64,000 nt of DNA from Haplodiscus bocki. Its lineage: Eukaryota. Numbering within the stretch: the stretch's first letter is position 1; every line of letters starts with the position of its first letter. The stretch is from positions 60,326,001 to 60,390,000 of the forward strand of contig OZ296659.1 in the NCBI GenBank assembly GCA_965655095.1, in the 5' to 3' direction. A program made the position numbers and the translations under genes. Below are positions 50,543 to 63,112 of this stretch, piece by piece. The notes below the pieces were generated by a model. That model was not told where the DNA came from, did not search any database, and saw only the letters and a program-made list of their open reading frames with translations.

Positions 50543-51985
50543 TAACAAAAAAGTTGTCGCAAGAGTATAGCAGAACAGAAAACCGCATACTAGGCGCATT
50601 AGCGCGACTTAACGACCTTCTCAAGAACCCGCTAATTCAATGCCACTGCGGCCCCGCTCCGGAGACGTCCCGGAACGCATTGAGTACAAGCCAGGAAACG
50701 AATGAGGACGACACCCAGAGTGATCCTCATCCTGAAGCAGTCATCTTCCGTAGCTATACTATACAAAACTCTGGCCCAGAAATTGGCCACGACATGGTGA
50801 CAGGAGTTCACGAGGAAGTCACATACTGCTCCCCAAGTTTATCTTCAGGAAAGCAAAAAAAGAACCGCTCTACGAGTCAGCCGCACTTCCGCAGTCAAAT
50901 TACCCCTGTGATGATTGAGGCAGACCAAATCTTGTTGGCCCCTCAGCAGGTGGCAAACAACAACAGTTCTGCAAAATTTCATAATATTATCAACAGAATT
51001 TCGAAATTGCCAAAATCGCTCACAACAACGATGCCCACGTCCAACAGGGAATCTGAGAAGTTTGAGCTGTTTGAAGATCGTTTCCAAACGAGCCTGAAAA
51101 TTCACAATCAGCTGACTGAAGATAACAGAATCAACTACTTCCATTCTCTCATGAAAGGAAATGCGCTACAAACTTTGAAAACCTTAATGGGCCAACCCGA
51201 GAGAACTTCGTAAAAATCCTACCAGTTTTCCGACGGAAGTACGTAAAACTCCAATCGATGGCAACAGCGAAACACAAGTTCCAGGAACTCGTCTTCAATC
51301 CAGCAAATCAAAAGTTAGTAGACTTTCTTGATGAACTTCAAAAACTGGCCAAAGAAGCCTGCAGAATAGCTGCCCATGCCATCATTGAGCAATTCATATA
51401 TAAGCCAAAATGCCACAACACCTGAAATCATAAAAATCAGGCCCACTTGGAGAAGGGAACGTATGAACAATTTGTCACACACCTGGAAAAGCAATTAGAG
51501 CTGAATGATTTGGAAACCCCTGACGACCTACAGATAAAGACGGTGAGCCAACAACCCACAAACACTAATGCCGACAGACCCAAACCAACGTGCCACCACT
51601 GTAAAAAACCAGGACATTACAAAAACCAGTGTTGTTTCCAGGAAAAACAACGAGAACAAACCGAAAAAAAATCAAATTAATCTTGGAAACAGAAACAGTG
51701 ATGCCAATAACTCTAACTTGAACAGCAATGTCATTAGTAATAGCAACATCATCAACAACAAAAACAGTAACAGAACCGACGAGATAAAGCCCAAAACTGT
51801 TTCTCCTCCCTGTGAGACGTGTGGAAAAACAAACCACTCCACAGAGAAATGTTACTTTGGAGCCAAGGCAGCCAATCGACCACCTCCCCGGCACAGAAGA
51901 CCTGAAAGATAGAATCAGGTCCAAGAGAGAGCCAAACAAAGTGACTATAATGAAGCTCCTTAAGCTGCAGCCTAAACTTTAAACT
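50392..51985 (+). pseudogene. gag: gag (two CCHC zinc knuckles), frameshifted
   Basis: EKFELFEDRFQTSLKIH...INYFHSLMKGNALQT; knuckles CHHCKKPGHYKNQC and CETCGKTNHSTEKC. Confidence 0.85.
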
Positions 51986-51991
51986 AAAAGT

Positions 51992-54900
51992 TTGCACTCC
52001 GGAGCTGCGACTGACAGACCGGAGACAACTAATTTAATACTTCCACCAATCCCAGAGGTTGTCTGGCAGCAAACTCAGGAGACTCATTCACCTAATATTC
52101 AAAAAACTTTAACTACTGAAACTCATAAAAATACCCCAAAGCCCGAATTCAAACAGAGAATTGATGTAGAATCACAAACGTCCCCAATGAGAGAAACTTC
52201 CCCTCATGTATCCGGATCAAGTACGGAACCGTTCCTAGGAAATTAAGCTGGGAGGACGCCAGTACAGACCCTCAATGATTCCAAGAAACGTCAATCCGAA
52301 GTCCAACGACATGAAATGAGCATAACAGCCAATGACAAGGGAGATGAAAATATTTCCCCTCTCAAAAAATCAAATTCACAAATTGAAGAGAAACTTGTGA
52401 GGGATGATATTACCAATGAACTCTGTATGCCACCATCCTCTACAATTGTCCTAAAGCGAAAGAAAAAAATCCTGTAGGTTCTTCTGGATTTCGATAACGG
52501 TTTCACAATAAATGCTCTGGTTGACTCAGGAGCCTATTTTAGTGCAATCGCCCAGACTGAATTGGACAGAATCAAACAACAAACTCCCGCCAACATCTTC
52601 AAGATCAATGACCCTCCCAGTTTTCAAATGCAAGCCGCATATGGCCGGTTAGAAAAACCGACATCAACATCCACACTTAAATTTGACATTGGAGACAACA
52701 CTTTTGCAGAACATTTTGTGGTAATCAAGAATTTGACAGGGCTCAATAAAGGATAGCACTTCATGAGACACAACAGTGTGGTCATTGACACCACACATGG
52801 CCTCATCCATTTCCTACACCTGACAATGCCAGCTAAAAACGCTGCAATTGAAACAAGTGCCAAACCCCAACCTGTCCTTATTCAAGACAACACAACAGTA
52901 CCGCCGCCGACAACAAAAACAATTACAGCATTTGTCGACCATGCATCGCAATGGCATACAACAGGTACTGTGACACCAGTCGGAAAGTTTACATAACCAG
53001 CGAACCTGCTAATATCCCACTCAATTTCAACAATATTTGACGAAAAGACAGCAGTCAGAATCACTAACACAACGGAATTACCATATTTAACCAAGAAAAA
53101 CACCCAGATTGCTGAATTCTCAGTAGTCACTCCGGAACAATCCAAGTTCATCAGACCAGTAGACACGACAATTCTCAGTATGATTCCGGAAGGTGAACGG
53201 GATCTGACTATTTATCTGAGTGAATTACTCAAAATAAACAAACCTGAACAAGACAGCAATACCTTTTAGTTCCCGACACCTGAAAACTTTGGCAAAACTG
53301 AGTATCTTACCCCAATACAGACACGAATCCTTGAAGAACTACGGAACTGCACGAAAAAGACAAACTGAACCCGGAAGATGACGTAGAGTCACGAATGAAA
53401 CTTTTAGAGCGATTTGACTGGACAGATACACTGCTTACAGAAACCGAAAAGCATGCAGTTGAAAAATCCCAGTCGAGTACCATGAAATATTTGCCAGACA
53501 AAGAATGGACATCGGAATGAAAACGGAGTTTAAAGTGAGACTCACACCCAAAGAAGACAAAGTGGTTTACAACCAAAGTGTACCAATGCCGACCCACCTA
53601 AAAAAGATTTAATTGTTCAACTCGCCCCTATGCACAAATATGGGATTATCACAATCTTACCCTTCTCAAAATATGCAAGTCCCATTTTTGCACAGCGGAA
53701 ACGCAACGGGAATTTACGTCTCCTTGTGGATCTCAGGAAAATCAACACCCTGATTACAGATGATTATACTAACAATATTCACCCAGTCGGCACTTTGTCA
53801 GACGCAGCACAACACTTGGCCGGGAAATCTCTTTTCTACAAACTTGACTGCTCTCAAGCTTATCCTCGTTTGCAGATGGCGGACAAACGGTCAGTGGAAA
53901 TGCTTGCTTTCATTTTTGCTAGCAGAAACTTTGCCTACAGGAGACTTGCACAAGGCCTTATGAGATCTGTGGCTGCCTTTTCAAGCTTCATGCGCGAGTG
54001 CTTGTATCCAGTTGTCAAAGCTGACCAATGTGCTCAATACGTGGATGTTATTGGGATTGCACCCAATAATGCTACGGACCTTATCCGGAACATTCGGGCA
54101 GTCTTCCAGTGCATTCGCAGTGCAGGTTTGAAACTGACAAATGAAAATATCCACTTTGGATTCAAGCAAGTTGAATTTCTAGGCCGAACGGTTTCATCTG
54201 AGTGAGTATCACCACAAACTACATAGATATTTATTTGCCTACCCTACTTCCAGCCAAGATGCAAAGACGATGGCAAAAGTCAAAATTAGCATCATGACTA
54301 AACTTTCCTACTTGCCAACGACTCTCATTTGTGACAAGCGAGCAGTGTTCGTGTCTCAAGTAATCAAAGAAGTGGCTGAAGTTCTCGGAATCACCCTCCA
54401 GCATGCCACAACAAAGCATGCTCAAACAATTCGAATGCTTCAACGAGCGCATGCCTCATTAAAAAAACCTTGAAAAATGAAAAGGGTGAAAGAAGATCAA
54501 GGTGACATAAGTGTCTCAACATTGCCGTTTTGAACTACAACACCTCCAACCACACAAGCATTGAATATGAACTAAGTAGAGTGTTTCATGGACGTGTTCC
54601 ATATAAAGTCCGAGACTTGAAAATGGGCATCCGCCCGCAAAGAATACTTACGCCAAATTTACAATTTGCAGAAGATGTTTTCAAACAAACGGAAATGATT
54701 TTCCACGATGTCCGCAAGAACACCATGCAAGCCTCTATCAAATAGAAAGCGTATTATGTTAAAAAAGCCAATGCGTCGAAACTCAAAGAATAACAATTTG
54801 TGTGTGTTCTACATCCCAATGCAGATCACCAGGGAAGTAAAATTCCTTTCACAGACTTTCGATGGATAGGTATTATTATGAAAAGGCCCTACCAAATAAC

Positions 54901-55390
54901 AAATATTCGGTACGAAAACTCGGAACAAACAAAACCCAAGTCCTCCATCGCATGAGACTACGTATATTTACGCCCAGACAACCCATACCCGATGTACAAA
55001 CAACATAACACGAATGGAAACCTGACCTTGAAGTCTTCATAAAACATGACGATCTGTACGCTAGAGCATGGGAGTCTGAATACGAAACGCCCATTTTTGA
55101 GAATGGCCAACATGAATGCGATAGTGACAACTCACCTGAAATTACAATCAGATATGACCTACCAAATGACGAAACTTGTAACAATCCAGGAACCATACAG
55201 GAGGACTCCTCAGAGATTCTCCACCACACAGATGACATAGGTGACCAAACCGATACGAATCATTACATGGAGCTTGATGCGGAAGCGAATTCGGAGCCGC
55301 TGAGTCCTACCAATATTAATCCCCGCAGCACAAAATATGATCTACGCCACAATCTTAAACCGAATTTCAATGATGATTACAGATATTAAA
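51992..55390 (+). pseudogene. pol: pol: aspartic protease, RT, integrase core (RNase H and integrase N-terminus deleted)
   Basis: ALVDSGA (~52515). RT: YASPIFAQRK..LRLLVDLRKIN..DCSQAY..RLAQGL..YVDV (YxDD mutated)..VEFLG. Abrupt jump near 54225 to the integrase core LPTTLICDK...KHAQTIRMLQRAHASLK. Confidence 0.9.
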
Positions 55391-55578
55391 TTGAAAATCT
55401 GTCTCCGTATGGTACCCGGAACATCTAAGTACACCATACGTGGATTCTGGAGAAGTGCTAAGGAATGCTTACGGAGCAATTATGTAGCTACCCACAAACT
55501 CCTAAAATCACTTCTGGGACAGCATCAGATTGCTATCCACTCAACCCTAGTAATTTTCAATTTGCAGATATTGAAAAC

Positions 55579-56282
55579 CCACGTTCCAGAAATACCTACC
55601 CAGTGTATTTTAGTATGCCCTACGGAACACTCCCGGAAACGCCCTCGAGTTTACCCAAAATTTTGGCTACGGGTACAATACGGAGTACCTACAAGTCATC
55701 CTTTTACTTTTGAGGATACGTCCTGGCTACAAACTCAAGTACTACTCAACACTGTAAAGTGACAACGGGCTATATACAGTTAACTAAAGACTCTAAACAC
55801 TAAAATGCAATTGCAATGATATTGATATGTGAAAGTTAACGGGGACTTGACTGAAAGACAGGTGCAGCACGACGGCTACGACGACTTCGCCGAGACGCAG
55901 CAGTTTTCTCCTGGCTTTTTAAAGCAGACTCCATGTTCCAGAAATACCTACCCAGTGTATCCTAGTATGCCCTACGGAACAATTCCGGAGACACCCTCGA
56001 ATTTTCCCAAAATTTTGGCTACGGATACAATACGGATTACCTACAAGTTATCCTTATTTTTTTGAGGATACGTCCTGGCTACATACTCAAGTACTACTTA
56101 ACTCTGTAAAGTGACAACGGGCTATATACAGTTAACTAAAGACTCTAAACACTAAAATACAATTGCAATGATATTGATATGTGAAAGTTAACGGGGACTT
56201 GACTGAAAGACAGGTGTAGCACGACGGCTACAACCACTTCGACGAGACGCATCAGTTTTCTTCTGGCTTTTTAAAGCACACT
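55579..56282. repeat. 352-bp tandem duplication in the retrotransposon 3' region
   Basis: cca(c/t)gttccagaaatacctacccagtg at 55579 and 55931; gtgaaagttaacggggacttg at 55829 and 56181. Confidence 0.9.
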
Positions 56283-57637
56283 CAAAGTTCGGATCATCAA
56301 AATAGACCCCTCTTCCCATCGGCAATACAATCGAATCGTCGTCAATTTCAAATAGACGTTTGGGTGCAGCAGCGGGAGCGGGTGTCGCACTTCGTTTGCG
56401 TTTCCCTTTCCCAGGACTTCGCGGTGACACTGTAGTACTACTGCCACAGGGCTGATCAAGAGCAGGCATAGATTCAGACAGGTATTGAATCTCACCACCC
56501 TCTACAACATCTGAGATGCGTACTCCAGTCCGACAAGTTGGCTCCCTGACCTCAGATGAATCTACACTGCGTAATCCAAAACATCTCTCTGATGTATCTC
56601 GTGAATCTTTTCGTCTCACAACAACAGCATCAAACGCCTTCTTCAGATCGACTACAGTGGATTCATACCCCTCAGGGTGCACATTCTTCCAAGGGTCACA
56701 GGTCGATTTGTCACGAAACCGACCCAGCAGCATTGAGGGCAGACACGAGAAGATTAAACCCAATGTCGCTGAAGAAACCGCCTGTGCAAAGCGGGGTGAA
56801 CGCAAAAAATTTTGCACGCAAGCAATCGATGTCTCCAAAACTCGGCGAATCAAGGCAACTCCATCCAAATTCACAGTGAATCCGGGCAACTCTTCCGCAC
56901 GTAGAATCAGTGAATCACGTAGAAACAGTGTTGTCATTTGAAACACCTACAACAAAGAAGGATGCTTACTACTTACCAGGAAGTGCACCCCATAGAACTT
57001 ACCCGGAACAAGTGCCTGCGACTTTGAAATCCAGTCTGTCGAGCGAAGTAGGCCACGCTGTTTCCTTCATCAGGGTGCTTCCTCGTGGAATGACGCTCCA
57101 TCTAGCGCTGCTCCCGGACAAAAGACTGCAACTCGGCCTTGCAAGCCTCAACATTGGACCCTTTCTCCCAACCACACTCGACAAGTCCATCTAGTAACTG
57201 CCCATACAGGAAAAAGGTGGAATGGTAATTATTTCAGGACAGTAACAGCTGACTCCCTGACCCAACTTAGACCTGGCGGCTACGGTCGACAAAATGGTGC
57301 TGCAAAACTCCTCAAGGAAGCGACGGGAATTCCTCCAGATTTCCTTTCTGAAATAAGAGCTTGACATTTTCTCGAGGGCTGCATGAACGCGAGTGCCCAC
57401 CAAAAAAGCTCCTCTTCAATAGCGGCGAATGTGCTTTTCCCATTTCTCGACTAAAAGCAGTGATCCACTCTTCTTGATCTTTTGCAAGATGCAGTACACG
57501 AAATGAGACAACTCGCCATATGCCCGATGTTCGTACCCATTTCCAGGAGATTGCTCTGCGACGAAATTGTGATTGTCTGAAACAACACACACATCTCTCA
57601 GTACCAAACTTGGAAATGAGGATGCCACTAGGAACAC
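56188..57637 (-). pseudogene. Antisense, intron-containing accessory gene inside the LTR element
   Basis: Collinear minus-strand fragments. A 56-nt GT-AG intron at 57002-56947 joins ...GFQSRRHLFR|VFQMTTLFL... in frame. Confidence 0.65.
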
Positions 57638-58051
57638 TACAAGTTGACTCCTAGAAATCCCTAACCATCTGAAATGAATGTACCACTATGAATACTACAC
57701 GTTGACTCCTAGAATTTCCATACAAAATTTGCATGAGGAATTAAGAAATACTACCCAATCATGACAGCTGAGGATAATACCACCACATTTCAAAGATAAA
57801 ATGGAACAAGCGAAACTTCATTCTGCCCAACTGGTCGATGTAGAAGTATCCATCTATCTCATTTTTTGAACAAGAGAACGTGAATAAGTACGGGCAATTT
57901 ACGAAAAAGAAATTAAAAGAAAAAGCCATACCACAAGACTATCTCCACTGTCCTTATTCTCAGTATTTCTTAAATAATAGGCTATGAGTGGCCATACACC
58001 GATGATGTCACTGACAACATCTAGGAGTCTTCGAGGCGATAGGTTGCTGTT

Positions 58052-58867
58052 TTAATAGCCATTCGAAGAAACTACCTCGATTGCATCCAGTTTCGATGCT
58101 CCGCCCCCCTTCAACCGATTAACAGAGAACTTTGTCATTGAAACGGGGTCTACTGTCCCAAAGACCACCAATGCAGTTTTTTGGAGGCACTGTTTCAGAA
58201 GCTGCACGTGAAAAATGGCACAGTCTACAAGGGTCTTCGTGTAGCTACTCCCGATATACTCCTTGTAGCAGTCCAACAGAGTTTGAGAAGCACGAGAAAG
58301 GGAAATGAGTGATGCCCCACTGCCGATTGCACTCAGAATTTTGCCCAAAATTGCCAGTTCGCTGTTTGGATCGCCATAATATCGGCCAATTATGGCGACC
58401 GTTTTTGTCACAAATTCGCCCGATTTCCACGTCCTGATGTACACCCAGGTTCCACAGCCGTGAAATGCGAACTCCACACCAAACTGCCGGTGTGCCCTCA
58501 CCTAGTCAACCTCACGTGCCAGAATGCGCGGAATCATCCGGTTCAGAAGAATGGACTAAAACAGGAAGACAAAAAATTATCCGAAATAAAACTATTTAGT
58601 GCATTTGGAATCCGGAGACAGTACGGAACTAACCAAAACCTCATCGCGAGACCAAAGAACGATTAAATTGATCCAACTCGCTGTCAGCACGAATCTCTCC
58701 CACAGTTTTTGAACGATTTCGTAGCTCCCACCTAATTGAAGAGCTTCTACCAGGCACAAAACTTTTGCCATCGTTGGGAGCTGTGGATCCACATTTCCGG
58801 ACGCATCCGGAATCAGCTCTTCTCGGAATGGATTTTCCCGGTCTAGGACCACAAGGGGGGCAAGCAT
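58052..58867 (-). pseudogene. Second antisense accessory ORF (fragments) in the LTR element 3' region
   Basis: 149-aa and 91-aa co-oriented ORFs with globular-looking composition. Confidence 0.4.
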
Positions 58868-59768
58868 TATCTCCTCTCACTGTTTCTCAAGTTCAAATTC
58901 GGGGAGTGGGTTGTAGTAGAAGTCTAACACCCACTAACCAGGTGTCTCGAGGCGAAGCCGTTGATCGCGAGAGATCGTGAGTGTCCTTGAAAACGCCGGA
59001 TTGTTTCATACCCTCCTTGAGTAAGAACTGACACATATTTCCGTGCCAACTCACTTTCATAAAAATCATCAATTCTTGGAGTCACATTGTTGATCTTAGG
59101 AGCTCAGAAAAATCGTAAAATTTCCTTATCCCTAATCATTAATAGCGATAAACCGAAATGTTTTTTTTTGGATTTTTCATCCACAGAATCAGACGTTTTT
59201 TATGTGGAGCGCTCATCAGAAGAAAGTAGCCCGATCAAGAGCAATGTTCCGGTAGTCTTCAACTCTACGGAGCTATCAGGAGCTATGGCAAGAGAGACAA
59301 CCACAATCTCCTTGGTCGCTTCTCCGGAGCCACAAATTGTTACAATAGATTCGGATTCTAACGAACCCACATTTCCAAACGCGTTCGGTAACCATTTATG
59401 CCACCCAGCTTCAGTGATCTCAACTTCCCCCACAACCCAATCAACGTGTTGGTTGGCTACTAACGCCGTGATTCGACAAGACAAAGAATACAGTCCTCGA
59501 TCACCGGATCCGTCTGATCCGTCTCCAATCTGTACGCCCCCACTGAATTTGAGCACCATTGAAGGCTGGAAGATAACGCAGAAAACCACAGATGACAATA
59601 CATTTTATTCCGAAGGAGAACCTAGACGAGTGTATTGGGCTAACTCTCCTAATGAAACATTTGACTCCAACAAGCCTAGACAAGTATCTTTCGCTTCGAG
59701 CCCGTCCTCCACTCCGCAACCTCCACCACGACAAAAGAGAAAACTGAGCATGGGGATATCTTTTCCTC

Positions 59769-59781
59769 AAAAAAAGGGGAG
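59769..59781 (+). promoter_or_regulatory. Polypurine tract
   Basis: aaaaaaaggggag immediately before the TG of the 3' LTR at 59782. Confidence 0.88.
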
Positions 59782-61254
59782 TGTCGCAGCACATCTGCGA
59801 GGCATGCGGCCAGCCTCTACCAGTAAGAAAGACACCCTAATTCTCAGGGAAAAACTCAAACTTTAATACTATCAAACAGACTCTTGACTAATTACTTTTA
59901 GATTATTTTTAGTCATTGTACATATATACGGATACGTATCTAATACGTATCCATACCAAATGAACAGAAATATAGTGGTACGTGTTTTATACGGAACACT
60001 TCACTAAACCAATCAGGACTAGGACGGAATCGTTACGGAGCAAACAAGTATTCATAGAGCAATAATAACCTTGAAGGTGCTATTTTTATTTTATTCTATT
60101 TATTAAGTTACTAAATAAAAGTCCATGTTTTCGGTACAAATACGGTGATTGATTGCAATAAGTGTAGTTTACAGCGGTGCTTTAATTCAAATTGGTGCTA
60201 GAAGTAGCGTGACTTGTTTGCAATAATTTGACTCTCGGAGTCAACATTTGTTCCGTACGTGTTCCGTTGTCACTAGTCTGGTGACGTCACTAAAACTATT
60301 CCAACTATGCCGTGCTGCGGTGCAATGGTGAATACGGAGTGACTCCGTATTGACTCCTCATTTGAGCACGGCTTACTTAAATTCAACCAATACTACTAGT
60401 GGCTACGGAGCTGTTCCGGATACCACTAGTAGCTACTCGTCGGAACGAGGAGTAAACTAGTAGTGCTACTAGTTTTTCCTCTTTTCTGAAAGAGTGGAAG
60501 ACAAAAAGATTAACTGGTGATGAAATGAGCATGAAGATGATGATTAAATCAATTTTTGTACTAAAGACAAGTATGTTGTATTGACTTTTATTTTTTCATT
60601 TTTCCGTTTTATTTTACTTTCCTAATTAAGGAAACTCATAATATTTTCCATCTATGGAAAATACAATTATCAAGACTGTAAACAGTATGTCGGCGCGAGA
60701 ATAAACACTTTGATGTCCATCTCCAACGGATTAGGTCCGTCCATTTTTCTGTCGAAAGATGGAAAAGTCGCGTCCTATGAGGGAAGAGATGGATGGAAAA
60801 GTTGTTTATTTCCCGCCAGAGTCGGCATTTTTGACTTTGATGTGATAATGTATAAAATACTTTGCCCAATTTGTACCTTGACTTGGCCTGTAATTAATTA
60901 TGTTTCCCGCCAGGAAAAAGTGTAAGTAGGAGAAATGAAATTACAAAATAGAAGTATTTTTTTTTATAGTACTGACGATAATACCCAGGTATTGTTAATT
61001 CCCTACGTTGTTTTTTTCACAACTGTTAAAAAATCAAAACTGATTTTCCTTTAGCAAAAAGATAATCAAAGAGTAATGGCTGATCATTACTTTTCTGTAG
61101 ACAATGGCAACTCTTAGAAACAAGAGTAATATGGCAGCTTTAAATAAAGAGAATTGTGAGGAACATCCTAGGAGCAATATGGCACAAAGCTCGATTGTTC
61201 CCAGATGGTAACAAGACCACAAAACTCAAGTTTCCGAAGAATTTGAGGGACGAG
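59782..61254 (+). repeat. Direct repeat copy 2 (3' LTR continuing into PBS, leader and gag start; truncated by an insertion)
   Basis: Offset 10711-10712 from copy 1. Identity ends abruptly at ...gagggacgag. Confidence 0.95.
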
Positions 61255-61734
61255 AATAATATAGTATAATGCGGATTTGCCACTAGTGTCTGGCTCGTTC
61301 GCTTCGCTCACATCACCATCCACTAGTAGCAAATCCGACAATATACCCGCTCGCTCGCTCGCTGTGCTCACTCACCGGCTCGGTAAACCTCGCCTCTCGC
61401 TTATATTATTGCTCAGCTCTTTGAGCTTCGCCTTTTTTTCTCCAATACATGAGAGTGTGTACATATAATTCCACATCTATGTTCACATAGAATTGATAAA
61501 AAATTTTTCACAGAAAATTTCACAAAATTTTTCACAGAATTCTTCACAGAATTGTCGTTTTTTGTGAAAATTTCACAGAATTATCGTTTTTTGTGAAGAA
61601 ATTTACTGGCTGACGAATGATACACATTTTTTCCGAGCACAGACTATAAAAATTGCATCTGCATGTCAGCGGATTATTTTTTGTCTTAAGCGTAAAACAC
61701 GATTTCTGAGAAATATACACACTATGTCGCCATC

Positions 61735-62400
61735 CTTAAACATGTAGAGATTGTAAAATTTTAAGCTACAAATACAAATGATATGTCATTGGAAAGCCCG
61801 TAAAAAGTTTAGTTAACCCTGAAAATTTCAGCTCTATATCTATTATAACCTTCGAGAAAATTGATTGTTAACACTTTGCTTAAACATGTAGAGATTGTAA
61901 AATTTTAGGCTAGCTTGATGTGTGATATATTTTTGGATAGCTCGTTAAAAAGTAAGTATACCCTGAAATTTTCAGCTCTATACATATTATATTCTCCGAG
62001 AAAATTGATCGTTAACACCTCTTGCTTAAACATGTAGAGATTACAAAATTTTAAACTACAACAAAGTGTGATATATTTTTGGATAGCCCGTTAGAAGTTA
62101 AGTATACACTGAAATTTTCAGCTCTGTATCTGTTACCATCTTCGAGAAAATAACAAAATAGTACTTGTACAAGTATAAGAAAAATTAAACTTATTCATAC
62201 AAGTATACATATAATTATACTATTATTTTTATATGTATTCATGTAAGTATATCTGGATTATTATAAGAATACCATCGACGACATCCTTAAACATGTAGAG
62301 ATTATAAAGTTTTAAGTTACAAATATAAGTGATATATTTTTGGATAGCTCGTGAAAATTTCAGCTTTGTATCTATTTCCATTTTCGAGAAATTGACAAAA
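61735..62400. repeat. Subterminal ~145-bp tandem repeats (3 adjacent plus 1 displaced, internally deleted copy)
   Basis: cttaaacatgtagagatt at 61735, 61879, 62025 and 62286, sharing ttgga(a/t)agc and aa(a/t)tttcagct motifs. Confidence 0.9.
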
Positions 62401-62475
62401 TACTTATTAATACAAGTATACAAAGTATTATTCATACAAATATATGAATAATTATACTAGTATTTGTATAAGAAT

Positions 62476-63024
62476 TCATGTAAGTATATCACAATCGTGA
62501 TCATGATTTGAATGAATAATATTTATTTTTATTTTTTCATGACTTGTAATATCATCATAATCAATATCAAATAATTTATCAATGTTATCTATATCAATAT
62601 TTTCTCTTTTAATAATCCTAAAAAATGGTGCTAGATAGTATATATTTTCACATCCTATTGCTACACTATAAGGAGATAGATTATTACCCATATTTGAGAT
62701 ATATTTATAAATATTATCATTAGTTAAAAATGAAACAACCATGCTACCATCTATGTGAACATATTTGTTTTTTTCATTTTGTATATCAACTTTAACTAAA
62801 ATAGTATTTCCATCGTGACATAATTTATCATAAGCTCCTGAATGAGAAGTCATTTCACATACTTTAGATTTGCCTAAAAATATTTCCATAGGAAGAATAC
62901 TATATATAATATTTTTATCAATTTCCGAAATATTCTCAAATCTTTGTACTTGAACATAACCATTATTTTTAAAAGTTACTGCATATTGTGAACAATTATT
63001 CTCAGTGATATATATAACTGTCAT
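62476..63024 (-). CDS. Hypothetical protein resembling a Mimiviridae/NCLDV uncharacterised family
   Basis: Intact 182-aa ORF with IFLGKS...MT..SG....DGNTIL...KYVHI...F...D.I.KYISNMGNN..PY..AIG..NIY. Pattern recalled from giant-virus hypothetical proteins; not searched. Confidence 0.7.
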   Translation of the reverse strand: MTVIYITENNCSQYAVTFKNNGYVQVQRFENISEIDKNIIYSILPMEIFLGKSKVCEMTSHSGAYDKLCHDGNTILVKVDIQNEKNKYVHIDGSMVVSFLTNDNIYKYISNMGNNLSPYSVAIGCENIYYLAPFFRIIKRENIDIDNIDKLFDIDYDDITSHEKIKINIIHSNHDHDCDILT

Positions 63025-63112
63025 TTATAAAAAAAATTATGATTGTAATCATAGTTGTATTCATACAAATATAAGAATAAAAATACTAGTATTTGTGTAA
63101 GAGTTGTTTTAG

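Larger units (their letters stand above)
49071..61254 (+). mobile_element. Ty3/Gypsy LTR retrotransposon (degenerate) plus start of a second tandem unit
   Basis: TG-starting direct repeats at 49071 and 59782, a PPT before the second copy, and gag-PR-RT-IN gene order. Confidence 0.93.

Noticed and set aside
61735-62400. Homology between these 145-bp repeats and the left satellite
   Set aside because: Same period but no alignable sequence; only the length coincidence is reported.
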